Shown here in pieces: positions 14,098 to 27,326 of a DNA stretch of 64,000 nucleotides (position 1 is its first letter; every line of letters begins with the position of its first letter). Origin of the DNA: Octopus sinensis (Eukaryota). The stretch is taken from NCBI RefSeq assembly GCF_006345805.1, contig NC_042999.1, forward strand, positions 164,672,001 to 164,736,000, given 5' to 3'. A model generated the notes under the pieces. It was not told the origin of the DNA, made no database searches, and saw nothing but the letters and a program-made list of their open reading frames with translations. A program made the translations under genes and the position numbers.

Positions 14098-16499
14098 CAC
14101 ACACACACACACACACACACCATTAACTTCATACATTTTGAACAGTTGTACCTGAAGAAGAGGTATAAAGATTAAAGCTATAAGATTAAAGTTCAGCAGT
14201 ATTGACCACATGACCAGCATTTCAAATGTTGCAAGAAAAGACATAAAAGCTGCTGCTGCTTCTCCTTCCTTACTTAATGGTTTTTAGGAGGATCTCATCC
14301 AAATGAATTACCATTATCCATGAAAGCTTGGATTAAATGTCATGTCTAGCAGAGGATAGATATTTTCTTCAACCTATTAGAATGCTTTATGATAAGAAGT
14401 GAGGAGTCATATTACTTTGTTTAAAATATGTATTTGAAGAGTTAGAGAATTGTTTCTGAGCAACAAATCATGAGGAAAAGATAGGGATGGAAAAGACAAA
14501 GAGCAGATAGACCTACATATAATGTTTGCTTACAAAACTTGGAGAATGAGACTATTAGAAAATTTCTGCAGTTTGGTTATAAAAAAAAATTAAAGCTCTT
14601 AACATTTAGATTTGAACAACTATCCTACTAAAACCTATATATGGAAAATAAATAAATGATAATAAAATATAAATAAATGCAAATAATGATAGGCACACAT
14701 CAAAGATTATTGAAAATGTTGAACAGGTTTTTGTTTCAATAATAGTTGATAAACCATCACAACCACCACAAACTCTGCTTTTGCTATAACCACCACAACA
14801 AAAAAGAAGAACGATTAAAATGTAAAGAGTGAAACTTTATACGACTGCTCAACCTACAAGAAATACCAACCTAATCACCTGCATATCACACCCGACTGAT
14901 TAGCATGAAGTTGTTCTCACACATCAATTCTACCTTTTGAACCATAGATGTACTGTCTCCTCCCTCTCTGCCTTTCCAGCTGCTCCAACAGCTGTCTGTC
15001 CCCTGCTCCTTGGAGCTGGCTAGTCTCAGGTCCCATTCACAGTCATCTCTCAATTCACTGATCCTCCTTGCTCTCCTCACTCATATTATAGCCACCTCTT
15101 CAGTCTCAACACTAACCCCTGCATTCAATTCTCAGTGACTACGATTCCCACTTTGCACATATTTTTTCTGGAAACTATTGCAAATAAACAGTTTAAGAGG
15201 ACCCCAAGTGGCACCAATCTCACCCGTTTCAGACAACCTGCACAGTTAATGGACTTAGCATATTCCTTCTCCTGATCAAACCAATGAAAAACAAGAATAA
15301 AGAAAACAACCACCACAGCAAACATTAATTACAAGAAATAAATGCCACTGCTAACTCCTACAAATAGTTATCACCACATCCATAACAACATCATGTTACC
15401 ACAAATAATCATTACCATAACCACCTCTATAACAAGTAACTATCACTACAGCCACCACTAACTTTCACAGATAGCTACTACAACCAATTACCATTATCCC
15501 CACCATCAAATCCTATAAATCTTAAAATTTCCAATTCAAATATACAAAGAATAGGGACACGTGAAAGTTTACAAATATTTATTAACATTTTCTCGGTTTT
15601 CTTGACAGTGTGTTGATCAGTAAATGTAACTAGATCTAGAGATTCAGCTGTAAATCAAAGGTAAGACATCTGTGTTGTTTTAAGAGTTGTAGTTGCTGCC
15701 AGCAGCCCACAGCTCTCAGTTTGTATCTCCTCAGATGAAATCAGGCACAGCTTGACAAAACATATTAGGGGCTAGTGTTTCATGGTGTTTCATGGTGTTA
15801 AATGAATGGAAAATAAATTTACCAGGATAGGGTACTAGTCCATTCCCAGATGATGGGGTACCTAACAACTAGGTGAAGTGATGTAATGTAGTATACAGTT
15901 TTTTTGTCCTGAAACACAATTAAGCATTTGAAGTGACAAGTTATGGACAAATATTTCTCTACATTATCCACTTAACGTTTTTGCCACTACAATACAGAAC
16001 TTGATACAAGAACTACATATCTTCATTCCATCCTATTCCTTACTGCATGTTTGGATGCACAATAGGGTCTTCAGCAAGATAGAGATATGATATAATCAGA
16101 AAGATAAATCTGTGGACTACACCTAACATTTGGCTGACTACCCGGATATCGTAAATAAAACTGTGCAATGAGAGCTGACCTGGGGAAACCCAACAGTAAT
16201 ATGATATAATGGCAGGATCTAAGGTTGATTTTCTTTGACTTGTAAGCCAAGACATAACCAAATAATCTTATATAGGATAAATTTTTGGAATTGTAAAGTA
16301 AGGGATTGAGAAGTTGCAGCATTTGTACAAAAGTACAAAATCCATTAGTAACACAAATGTTGCAGTTTAAAGCCTAGTAGCTGAGTGAGAGATCATTAAA
16401 GAATTGCTTCTATTCCACTATATTGACTTCAAAGTGATGACATAAAACCTGATATGTTGACAGTGGTAGAAATAGAAAGTGGTGACACTTATGCCTTTC

Positions 16500-16850
16500 C
16501 AAGTGACATAAATGATGACCACCACTCTCCCGATGGCCCCTCTACTGCAAGAAACTTATTCTGTTCTGATCCTTTCTCTTGTACTTAAATCTCTCATCTC
16601 CCTGCATGAAGTTGCCTCTCTTAGGGGTCAGTAGTCTTGCAAGCTGCATGGTGACATCACTAGTGTTGGTGGTACGGAAAATGCACCCAGTACAACTATA
16701 TAGGGGTACTAGGCATTAAGATGGATATCCAGCCATGGTAATTATGCCAAAGTAAACAGTAGTGTAGGATGCAGTCCTTAAACCTATCTGATCCTATTTA
16801 TCTGACCCATACTAGCATGGAACAAGGATGTTAAATTATGATGATGATGA
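16500..16850 (+). mobile_element. Family B element
   Basis: gcacccagtaca...ggcattaagatggatatccagcc...gacccatactagcatggaac...(ATG)n. Confidence 0.65.
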
Positions 16851-17439
16851 ACAAAATATTGTTTCAGCAAAAAAAAAAAAAAAGAATGAAATTAAATGAT
16901 TGGCTCATGGCCATACAACAGCATCTGCCATCAAACTCAAGAATTAGTTATAATAATAATCCTCATAACAGGAGAAACAATTAAAATATAATATTAAGTC
17001 CTGGCAAAAGAGATAACAAGAATGTAGGGAGTGTAAACTGAAATAATCCCCATAAGAGGTGTTTCGGGAATGATTAAAGAAGATGGAGACAAATATATAG
17101 CAAAAGGCTCCAGGTTTTACATATATTCAGAATATTCATAAAACTATTATTAAGCACTGTCCATATATTGCATACTGTACTTTCAATAGTAGAGAAAACA
17201 CAAAACCAAAACACAACCCTCCACAAACGCAAACCACAAAGAACTGCAGTTGGTTGAGCAGTGAAAACATTCAATAAAAATAAGACTAATGAAAACTAAT
17301 AAACAACAAGACAAAGTGATATGAGAAATGATAAAAAGATCAATATTGGAGGTAGTTATTAAAATGACTTTATCTGAAAGACAGGAGTGATTAAACAACA
17401 TGTTGACAGAAATGATCAAGTGTTGTTACTACAACAACA

Positions 17440-17476
<37 letters not shown>

Positions 17477-18190
17477 GCAACATAGCAAGAATTATCATAT
17501 AGTATGGTAGTATGGAATTATAAATTGTAGAATAGAATACAGGATTTAGAAACAGATTCTGTTCTAGACATAAACTAACCACAAACATGAGTAATTAGGT
17601 TTTGAAAAATGTTTATTGATAATGAAAGTGAAAACTAAAATAATGTCTCCTTCAGTTTTTCACCTCATATGTTGCTTTTCAGCTGGACAACCACTGAAAT
17701 GGACTGTTGCTAAGATATTTTGTGGCTGGTTGGCTGACAATATGACAACATAGCCGGTACACATAAAACTAGAAGGTACAATGACAGATATATGACTAGA
17801 TATTAATAATGATAGTAGTGATGTTGATGGTGGCAGTGGTAGAAATAATTTATAACGCTGTCACAGTGAGACAAATATTGAAGAATAAAATGGGTGTAAT
17901 TGATTTAACCCACAGCTAGTACCTACTTGACAGAGCTGATGGTGGAGGGTTGAAAGGTAAATGCATAATTTGTAAATATCATAACACATTTTGTCTAGTG
18001 CCAATTCTACCAATCTCCTACACTTGTAGAACCATAATAAGAATGAAGGCACAACAACAAACTTTGGGGGTGAAGGGCAGTCAGTTTAATGACTCTCTAG
18101 TACTCAACAGCTACTTCTTTGTATTGGTATTAGAAGCATGAGAACAAATTCAAATATTTCGTGATTTGAACTTTACGAAATGCAGCTTGG

Positions 18191-18578
18191 CTTTCTTATC
18201 TTTCAGCCATTTGACTGTGGCCATGCTGAAGCACCACCATAAAAGGAATTTTTTAGTTGACGAAATTGACCTCAGGACTTATTCTTTGTAAGCCTAGTAC
18301 TTATTCTATCAGTCACTTTTGCTGAACCACTAAGTTACGGGTGACATAAACATGCCAACATTAGTTGTCAAGCAACAGTGGAGGCACAAACATAAAGACA
18401 CACATAGATATTTACATATATATATATATATGACAGGCTTCCATCTACCAAATCCACTCACAAGGATTTGGTTGGCCTGAGGCTATAGTAGAAGATACTT
18501 GCCCAAGGTGCCACACAGTGGGACTGAACCCGGAACCATTTGGTTGGGAAGCAAACTCCTTACCACACAGCCAATCTT
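18191..18578 (-). mobile_element. SINE family A copy, followed by a partial plus-strand copy at about 18630-18945
   Basis: Standard family A modules. The adjacent copy has ggttcagccc and a gactgaaatag tail. Confidence 0.8.
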
Positions 18579-19728
18579 CTGCTTATATTAGGTATCTTAC
18601 CTAATACACTACTGATTCTAGTAATTCGCTCATATGGTTTCAGGTTCAGCCCTACAACACAGCACCTTAGACAAAATATATGTTTACATGTGTGTGTTTG
18701 TGTCAGTCATCCAGAACCACTGCCACTCACCAAGTAGTCAATCGGTGTTGGTTTGTTTACATCCCTGTAACTTTGTGGTTTGGCAAATGCGACCAGTGGC
18801 ATAATAAGTACCAGAATTGAGATAAAAATTTTAAAAAAACATTAAAAGTACTGGGGTTGGTTTGTTCAACTGCAACACTTCAAAGTGGTGCCCCAGGATA
18901 ACCTCAGTCCAATGACTGAAATAGTAAAAAATAAGAGGTAAGATAAAATAAAAATCAAAAATATGGAGGGAGGGGTTAAATCAGTTATATTAGCCCCAAG
19001 TATTTGATAAATACTTTATTTTATAACCCTTGGAAAGTTATAAGGCAAAGTTGACCTCAGTGAGATTTGAACTCAGAATGTAAATGGTTGTGACTAAATA
19101 CCACAAAGCATTTTGTCAGGTGCTCTAAGGATCCTGCCAATCCGTGGCCCTTGCCACAATCCTAATAAAAATAATGTCTAACATAGACACAAGGCCACAA
19201 ATTTTGGCAGAAAGCATACAGTCAAGTAAGTTGACAGCAGCACTTAATTAGTAATTATTTTATTGACTGCAGAAGATAAAAACAAATGGGGCAGGGGGGG
19301 GGGAAATTAAGATTGGTCCAGGTAGAGTTTGAAGTCAAGATTTGGAATGTAAATATAAGTATAATGATTTCTACCATTACTCAAAATGCACACTTTTCAT
19401 ATCTTATTTCCTTTTTTATTAGTCTATATTTCTTTTCTTTTATTAGTTAGTTAAAAAAAATACTACTGACTTGTGAGATTGATAGGGTTGATTTTTAGTT
19501 TGAATTTCTTTTGGTTGACATCTTTAGAGAGAAAACGTCTGGAATGGAGGAAGTCTATAGAATTGCAGTTTTAGGGAGGAGGAGGAGGAGGAAAAGAATG
19601 TGATTGTGGGAGTGATAAAAAGGAGGAAGCCCATAAATGAAAGCCAACCTTACTATAATAAGATTAACCGTTAGTATAAAAGGAAAGCAACTCTCCCTAA
19701 CAGAGATTTTAGATTTTTTTTGTACAAC

Positions 19729-19957
19729 TTAACCCTTTAGCATTTAAACCAGCTATATCCCACCCAAATATTCTACCTGTTTTTAATGTTCAAACTGGTT
19801 AGATCTGGTCTCTCACGCCTACCCTACAATGTCATTCTAAAATAAAACAATTACATCATCGAAATCTCAATAGCACAAGTTGATATATAATTAATTCAAA
19901 GCAACGTGAATAAATAAGCATTATTTAACAGAGTAATCTGAATGCTGAAGGAGTTAA
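19729..19957. mobile_element. piggyBac-type MITE (about 225 bp) with TTAA at both ends
   Basis: TTAA-CCCTTTAGCATT ... AATGCTGAAGGAG-TTAA. A reverse-oriented copy lies at 38093-38317. Confidence 0.8.
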
Positions 19958-21650
19958 GGCAGCAAACTGGCAGAGTCATTAGAATATTGAACAGAATGCA
20001 TCTTAGCATCTTTTCTGAGTTCAAATCCGGCTGAGATCAAATTTGCCTTTCATATTTTCATGGTTGATAAAACACAAAAAAAGTATATTAAGGGCAGTGG
20101 ATTGGTGCAGTCATTGGTTTTTCAAATAAGATGACTTGTGATATCTATTCCAGCTCTTTGCATTCTAACAGTAACACACATGACTACACTGATGTGAAGC
20201 TGTATCAGTCCTAAAGCAGTGGTGTTTGCCTGTGGTAAACATTAGAGGTGTGGGGAGGGAAGACTTGTGTGCATGGGCAACTAGCAGTCTTCCACAAAAA
20301 CGATTTTACCCAGTCCAATGCATACAGATGTAGACAAATTGTTGGCCCTAACCAATACAACCAATAACCTGTTGAGATTGCACAAGGAATCAATAATCTA
20401 TTGAAGAAAGACAGTCAGAACTAAGTTCAGGAACTTTAAAGTAAGCACATCTACATATGTTGAGAACCAATTCAATAAGAGGACCACTCTTATGTTTTGC
20501 TTGACTCTCTAGAAACAGCAACCAAATCTCCCTCAAATCACACTGAAACCCTCTTTAAATAGTAGGGCATATTGGATAATGTAGTGTGAGGAGAGAACAG
20601 TCAATGTTTTTGATCAAAGGTCTGATTAGTCAGACTGAACAATAGCAACACCTGCTGAGATGCCAGCAGGAATCCTGGACAAGACACAATCCCATCTATC
20701 AGTGAGTTAGATTTATGCTGGTAAGAGAAGCAGATGTTAACAGGTAATCTGCAACGACCACCATAAAACATACATAATATTTACTATGCAGATACAAAAC
20801 AATATGAGAGAGAGCTTCTGCATGGTCATTCAACCTACTAGAAGTAGCAGTAAACATCCTACAAACCTCACATGACAAATTTAAAAATAGGATTTATTGG
20901 ATAACGTAGTCCAACATACATTATTTCTGAAATATATAAACGGGATAGTCATGGTTGGAATGTTTTCCCTCATGGATCTGGTAAAGGGTTAAACAATACC
21001 CACCACACATATTCCTTTATACAACTAACTGCAAGTAGAGATTTCCTGGAGATATTCAAACTTCAATGAGTAGTAGGAATGAGTAATGAAAGTGAGTAGA
21101 TAATGTATGAGTGACTGGAGTGAGTTAAAAGCAGCAATGATTTCTTGCATCATGAACAAGTTTCAGACGACAGTTTTTCCATGGACCTGAAGATTATGCT
21201 CAGCACAGAAGACAATAATAGAGTGCACAGCACATAATATATAACACAGACGTATTACATATATAATACACAGCAAATTGCAAACAGAAAGAATAAATTT
21301 TAAAACTTATTCTTTCTGTTTGGTCTGGTACCAAATGATCCATGATCTGGTATTGGTCGGTGGCCTAGTGATTAGGGGCCCCAGAGTTATTGGGGTGAGT
21401 GATTGAAAGGAATAGGTGAACAAGTGATTGAAATAGACACAACTGGCAGTTCTACACCAGCTGACAATATGATTGAGAGATGATCAAGCAATGATGATTA
21501 ACACCAACAACGATTATTTTTGTCGTATTTCACAACAGCACTGTGCTGCCATCTTCTCCCTAATCACTAAATCCACTACTTAGATTGCTTTAGCAAAATA
21601 ATCAATATTTAATAAAACCTAAGATTGAATATGTATGCACGTGCATGTGT

Positions 21651-21749
21651 GTGGGTGGGTGTGGGTGGGTGTGGGCGGGTGGGTGGGTGGGTGGGTGTGG
21701 GTGGTGGGTGTGGGTGTGTGTGGGTGGGTGGGGGGTGGGGGGTGGGGGG
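21651..21749 (+). repeat. (GGGT)n-rich tract with G-quadruplex potential
   Basis: More than 15 GGG runs separated by short loops. Confidence 0.85.
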
Positions 21750-21761
21750 TTTTCTTTTATT

Positions 21762-21972
21762 CTTTCACTTGTTTCAGTCATTTGACTGTGACCATGAGTT
21801 TTTTTAGTTGAGGAAATCAATCCCAGGGCTTATTCTTTGTAAGCCTCGTACTTATTTCATCAGTCTCTTTTCCCAAACCACTAAGTTACAGTGGCATAAA
21901 CACGTCAACATCAGTTGTCAAGTGATGGTGGAGGGGGGACAAACACAGACACACAAACATAAATATATATAT
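21762..21972 (-). mobile_element. SINE family A, tail half only
   Basis: ttgtttcagtcatttgactg...ggggacaaacacagacacacaaac. No head follows. Confidence 0.8.
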
Positions 21973-22029
21973 ATGCCTCACTCTGTCTCTCTCTCTCTCT
22001 CTCTTGGCCTCACTCTGTCTGTCTGTCTG

Positions 22030-23410
22030 TCTCTTTTGATTACCACTTGCTTCGCCAAGATTTCCTCCACCCCCACCCTATATAAACTAGCGCATGCATT
22101 CAGATTTCCCTACTCGATTTTTAATACCTCCACCGAAAGAATACATATCTAGAGGATGCTCTCATCTAAATTTGCTAGTTCGTGGTCTGCCCCTTCCACC
22201 TGTACCAGAAGTCCCTATACTTTGTCATCCTTTGGTTGTCCCCCATAAACACTTCTAAAGGCTTTACGCCATCCCCCACCCCTACTTAGGGCTTATCTCC
22301 TTTGTAAGGTAGTGATCATAAAGTGCATAAATATGATGGTGTGGTGTTATGCAGGTTGAATTGAAGGCTATTGTATTGTTGTTCATGAATTCTGCCAAAT
22401 GCAAGCTTTCTTTTCAGGTACATGATGTTGCTGTCCCCCATCCCAGGGTCTCACGGCCCCACACCTCCCACACCCTCAGGGTTGGCCCTCTCAACACTGG
22501 CACATTGAAAGGTAGGTCTGGGGAGACTGTTGAGATGCTTGAACAGAGATGTGTCGATTTGTGCTGCCTCCAAGAAGTAAGGTGGAGAGGAGGTTCTGCT
22601 AGGTTCCTCACAGGCAAAGAACACAGGTACAAGATTTTCTGGGCAGGGAACACTGACGGAGTTGGGAGCGTGGGTATACTTCTTGCGGAGAAATGGGTTG
22701 ATAAGGTAATCGAGGTAGTCAGAGTCTGTGACAGAATACTTAAGATTAGATTAGTGCTTCATCATGGGTTAGCAACCATTATCTCGGCCTATGCCCCTCA
22801 GCGGGGGCTACCTGATGGACAGAAAGACCGATTTTATGACACCCTCTTGCAGACTACCACGTTGACGAATAACAGGGACCCTCTCTTTATGGCTGGTGAC
22901 TTCAATGGACATGTTGGACAACATACAGGGGGCTTCCATGGTGTACATGGAGGCTAAGGTTTTGGTCCCCGCAATGAGGAGGAAGCCAGGCTGCTGGAGT
23001 TCTGCGATGCAAATGATCTTATGGTTTGCAATACTAACTTCAGGAAACATGCCAGTCACCTAGTCACCTACCATTCTGGCAGACACATTAGCCAAATTGA
23101 TGACATCCTTACAAGAAAAAGGGAAAGATGACTGCTTATAAATACCAAAACCTTCCAAGACAAAGAATGTACCCTACAAAGTAGACTGGTAGTTAGCGAC
23201 TTCAGGATCAGGGCTAAATGGATGCCCAGAAGACGACCAGCATGGAGGAGAAGGGTCTGGAAGCTTAAAGATTCTGCGAATGGACAGAGATTTAGAGACG
23301 TATTACTCAAAGCCTTTGACGAAATAGAAGGCGATATAGCTTTACACGATGTGGAAGACAACTGGAAGTTTCTACAGGACAACCTGCTGAGGCTATTGAC
23401 CAGATCTGTG
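22030..23410 (+). mobile_element. RTE-clade LINE, 5' part (UTR-like region plus AP endonuclease), ending before the RT domain
   Basis: LRVGPLNTGTL, LCCLQEVRW, IISAYAP, AGDFNGHVG, NTNF and RLVVSDF are RTE APE motifs. There are stops at about 22955 and downstream, and the match ends abruptly at about 23410 in a microsatellite. Confidence 0.92.
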
Positions 23411-24543
23411 TGCATATACATACATACACACAAATCTAAATGATGCGGCACTTGTAACTTGAATTAAATAAGAGTGATGCTCTTTTTGTTTCGCTTTGTT
23501 ATTTAAATGAATGTAGCTGTTTTACTGTTCCATCATCACAGGTGAAACAGATAAAAGAGAAAATATATACACATATGTACATTTATCAACGGCTACTCAC
23601 TGATAACTATATGTACAGGTTAATTATATAAGCGTGGAAAAAGAAATAACTGAAATCCAGAAGAATCCTTTAAGCGTTGTTTACAATAAGTCTGCTTGAG
23701 TTGGTTTTATAGAAATACAGACTTCTTTTTGAAGGGATAGCAAAGGGAGGAAGGTTAGAATGAACAGTGGTAACTTGCAACAGTAATAGTATTAGTGGTA
23801 GTATTAATGACAGAAGTAGAAGTGTTGATAGCACTAGTGGTGGTGGTGGTGGTGGTAATAGTAATCATTCTCAACTAAGAAAGCATCATTAGGTAAAACA
23901 AAGAAAGCGAAAAAGCTTGGTGATCATGTGTGTGCATATGTGAATGCTTACATACACATATATAGTATGTATATGTACATATATACACCCTCCTCTGACC
24001 ATATATAAATATGTGTGCACCTGTTTGTGTGTGTGTATATATATATACATGTATAGAGAGAGAGAAAGAAAGAGAGAGAGATAAATAGATACACACATAC
24101 ATGCACACACAGGTGTGTGTTTATGAGTATACATATGGATACTTACACACATACAGAAGTTTATAAATGTGTGAGTGCAGAATCATGCATACACACACAC
24201 CTACACACACGCATATTATACACATACACACACACACATATATATATACTCACATGCATGCATATATGATAATCTTAAAAAGGTGGGGGAAAAGTATAAA
24301 TATTTAAGGAAATAAGTGTTCAATATTATGAGCATCTCAAATGGAATAGAGATTCTAACAGAAAGAAAAAGTTTCAAATATTTTGGGAAAGGATATGGTC
24401 AATTTAAAGTGCCCCAGTACTTGACTATCTCTTTTTCAACTGAAAAGGATGTAAAGCAAAGCTGGCCTTAGTGAGATTTGAGCTTGGAACATAAAGGGGA
24501 TATCACTTAATACTAAAAAACATTTTACTTCATTGCTCTAGAG

Positions 24544-24871
24544 CAGAGGTTCTCAAACTTTTTCAGCCACCGCCCGGCTCATGGCTACAGAATCCCCTCA
24601 GTGCCCCACCTCTATTTTTATGTAAAATAAATATTTTATACTCTTACTAATTTATATATATACTATGAATCATTTGATATTTAATACAATATTATATAAT
24701 TTGTGTACAATACTATGATAATATGATAATTAATTCATAGCATCCCCCAATCCACTGCCTTCCTCCTTTTTCTCTACCACCACAACCCCCACTACCCCCT
24801 TAGGCAACAGTGTCTGCATGGACCAGCTCAACACCTATGGGGGGGGGTAGTGCCCACTTTGAGAACCTATG
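24544..24871. mobile_element. hAT (Charlie/Buster-type) MITE
   Basis: TIRs CAGAGGTTCTCAAA and TTTGAGAACCTATG match at 13/14. The left flank is CTCTAGAG; a matching right TSD is not visible. Confidence 0.7.
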
Positions 24872-25207
24872 CCAATCAAGAAAATAAAAAAAAGGAGGAA
24901 GAAGAGACAGGAGAGAGGGGGAAGTGGCAGCAGCATGCTACAACCATCATCAATGATGAAGAGGAGGAAGAAGACAGAAAACTGAAGAAAGAGGAGACAA
25001 AGAAGACAGATGAAGCAGGGAGAAGTGTTTTTTGTAAATGTGGAGCTGAAATACATCTCAGATCTCAGATCTCGAGCAGAAAACATGTTGGGTTATCCTT
25101 GCAAAAAGAAAACAGTTAGGCAACTTGACAATTGACTTGTTAGATGGCACAGTTCCTGCCATACATAACAACAGTTGTAAGACATACAATAGAGGGAACT
25201 TCTACAT

Positions 25208-25464
25208 CAGCGGTTCTCAACCATTTTCTGCTTATGGATCCCTATGATTCCTACTTTACACTACTGGGCCTCCACAGCTATTCGATGTATATAAAAAGGA
25301 TCCTACTGTATTTATGTAATTAAATATTATTAGGAATTGTGTAGAAAACAATTAAAATATTTTGTGTATTGTAGAAGTGAAAGCAATTTATTGCCCATGA
25401 ATTTTAGTAATAAAATCTTATATAAACTCACAAAGGCCATATGGACCCTGGTTGAGAATCTCTG
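25208..25464. mobile_element. hAT (Charlie/Buster-type) MITE with 8-bp TSD
   Basis: TIRs CAGCGGTTCTCAACC and GGTTGAGAATCTCTG. TSD TTCTACAT (25200-25207) and CTCTACAT (25465-25472). Confidence 0.85.
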
Positions 25465-25572
25465 CTCTACATGATTACTCAACTTGCAAGAAATAACAGC
25501 CAAAGCTTCTTTAAAGCATACCCTGACACCATAAACGGAGAAGGAAGGACACATTGAATGATATAGTCCAAG

Positions 25573-25762
25573 GTGTATTATTTATTGCAAACACCGGTTC
25601 TAATCCCATCACTGAAGTTAAGCAACTTCAAGCCTAGTATAGTTTGACGGGTAACAACTTGAGAAACCTATGTGCAGGAAGTAAAACCTTTAGTTTTTAA
25701 AGGCAGTGTCCCGGCTGACCACAGTGTTTGGCTGAAACAAGCAAATACAAACAAATAAAAAG
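25573..25762 (+). mobile_element. 5S rRNA-derived SINE (SINE3-like) or 5S pseudogene fused to a family A-type tail
   Basis: aaacaccggttctaatcccatcactgaagttaagcaac...gggtaac...gagaaacc aligns to metazoan 5S (AAACACCGGTTCTCGTCCGATCACCGAAGTTAAGCAAC). It is followed by ttaaaggcagtgtccc...gaccacag...gctgaaacaagcaaa, which resembles the family A tail. Confidence 0.75.
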
Positions 25763-27326
25763 ATGAGATGGTCACAGTTCCTGTACATTGATCATATAAC
25801 TGCCCAATCAGGACTACCTGGCAGCTAACAAAAGCAAAAAACAGCTGTTTAAGATAAGTTCACCAATACTTAGATATGGTGTCCTTATCACTGACAATTG
25901 TTTGATCACACTACCTGATTTATAGTCACTATTTGGATATGGATGTCCCAAACATTTGCAATAAAGCTTCCCTTCCCGACTCTAGTTTTCTCTACAGGCC
26001 TTACACCAACCATACTCATCTCACAAGCCTTAAAACATCAAGTGACTGCCCTTCCTTTCCTGATGAAGCTACTGAAGGAATCTAAGAACAGCCACTATAA
26101 CAGAATGAGTGTATGTGTGTGGTGAGTGATTTATAGCTAGATACTGGAATATATTTTAATGCTTATAAAGTGTGAATGCAAACTATTTAGTGTTTATACT
26201 ATCAGAAGTTTCTAAAGAATAAGACTTTGTATAATAACTAACTAGTGTCACTCAATATGGAAGCTTTCCTACCAACTGATTAGATTCAAATAATAGAGTT
26301 TGTGTGCTTCTTTTATGCATTTCCTTACTTCCACTTCAATATCTATGCATTCCATTCAAATAGTAATGACATGTATACAGTGTACATATTCTCATGTCTC
26401 TCTACGATTTCTTGCTTGCCTTTGTGAAATCTATACCCACCTCTCTCTCTCTCTCTCTTTCTTTCTGTCTCTCACACACATACATACTCTCACATAGACA
26501 AATGAACATATATACTGACAACTGCATGCATACAAATACATTTATACACGTATGCCTAGGGAAATGTTTGTTATTAGAAGCAGAAACTGAACATTAACCA
26601 TACGAACTATACCTAGTTATGTCATTTGGTATTACTAAGTATAGTTAGTATGGTTAAATAATGAACTAGCTTCTTAGACAGGACTTAGTATTGGTTTCTT
26701 TATCCTTAAACAGATACAAAAAACCTCTTCCACTGGTCTAACTACTAGTTTTATCAAGTACCTGACCATCTATTCTAAAAAGTGAATAAATAAAGATTTC
26801 TCATCCGTTATCTTACCTTGACCCAACAAAAGAGCTTCTCTATGTTCAAATGACCCACTGTAAATAGTAGCCAGATTACCTTGCCTAGAAACAGTAAAGG
26901 TTGGCAACAGGAAGGGCATCTGGTGACAGGAAGGGCACACAGCCTCGTTAAATGATGTTGATGATGATGATAGTAAAAAACGAAGAACACACTGGACAAT
27001 GTAATCATAAATTTATGAAGAAATGAGTTTATTGTTGCTGAATTGTCTAGCCAACCTGAGAATTAAAAAACCATCAAGATAAAAAACAACAACAACAAAA
27101 AAAAAAGATAACTGGAAGAAAGTATTTTGGTCAGAGCCATAGACAACAAGAGTGAGACAAAAAAATCTCTTAAAAAGTGAAATATGAAGTGAAAGAGAAT
27201 TCTACAGTCAGATTGGTATTCACTTAACCATAATTTGAGCTCTACAGTTCCCAGATTCTAAATAATGCTCACTGTAAAGAGACAACATAGTTAAATGTTA
27301 CGATTTCAATGTCTTTGCAATATCTA

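Noticed and set aside
15609-15660. Plus-strand exon-like segment (ttttcttgacag ... AAG|GTAAGA)
   Set aside because: It has stops in all three frames. Strong site pairs arise by chance in 64 kb, and an antisense lncRNA exon cannot be supported without RNA data.
24850-25119. 89-aa acidic/lysine-rich ORF
   Set aside because: It starts inside a MITE end and is GAA/GAG low-complexity sequence, with no supporting splice sites.
25573-25682. Functional 5S rRNA gene
   Set aside because: It is a single copy, diverged in its 3' half and fused to a SINE tail, so I call it a SINE3-like element or pseudogene.
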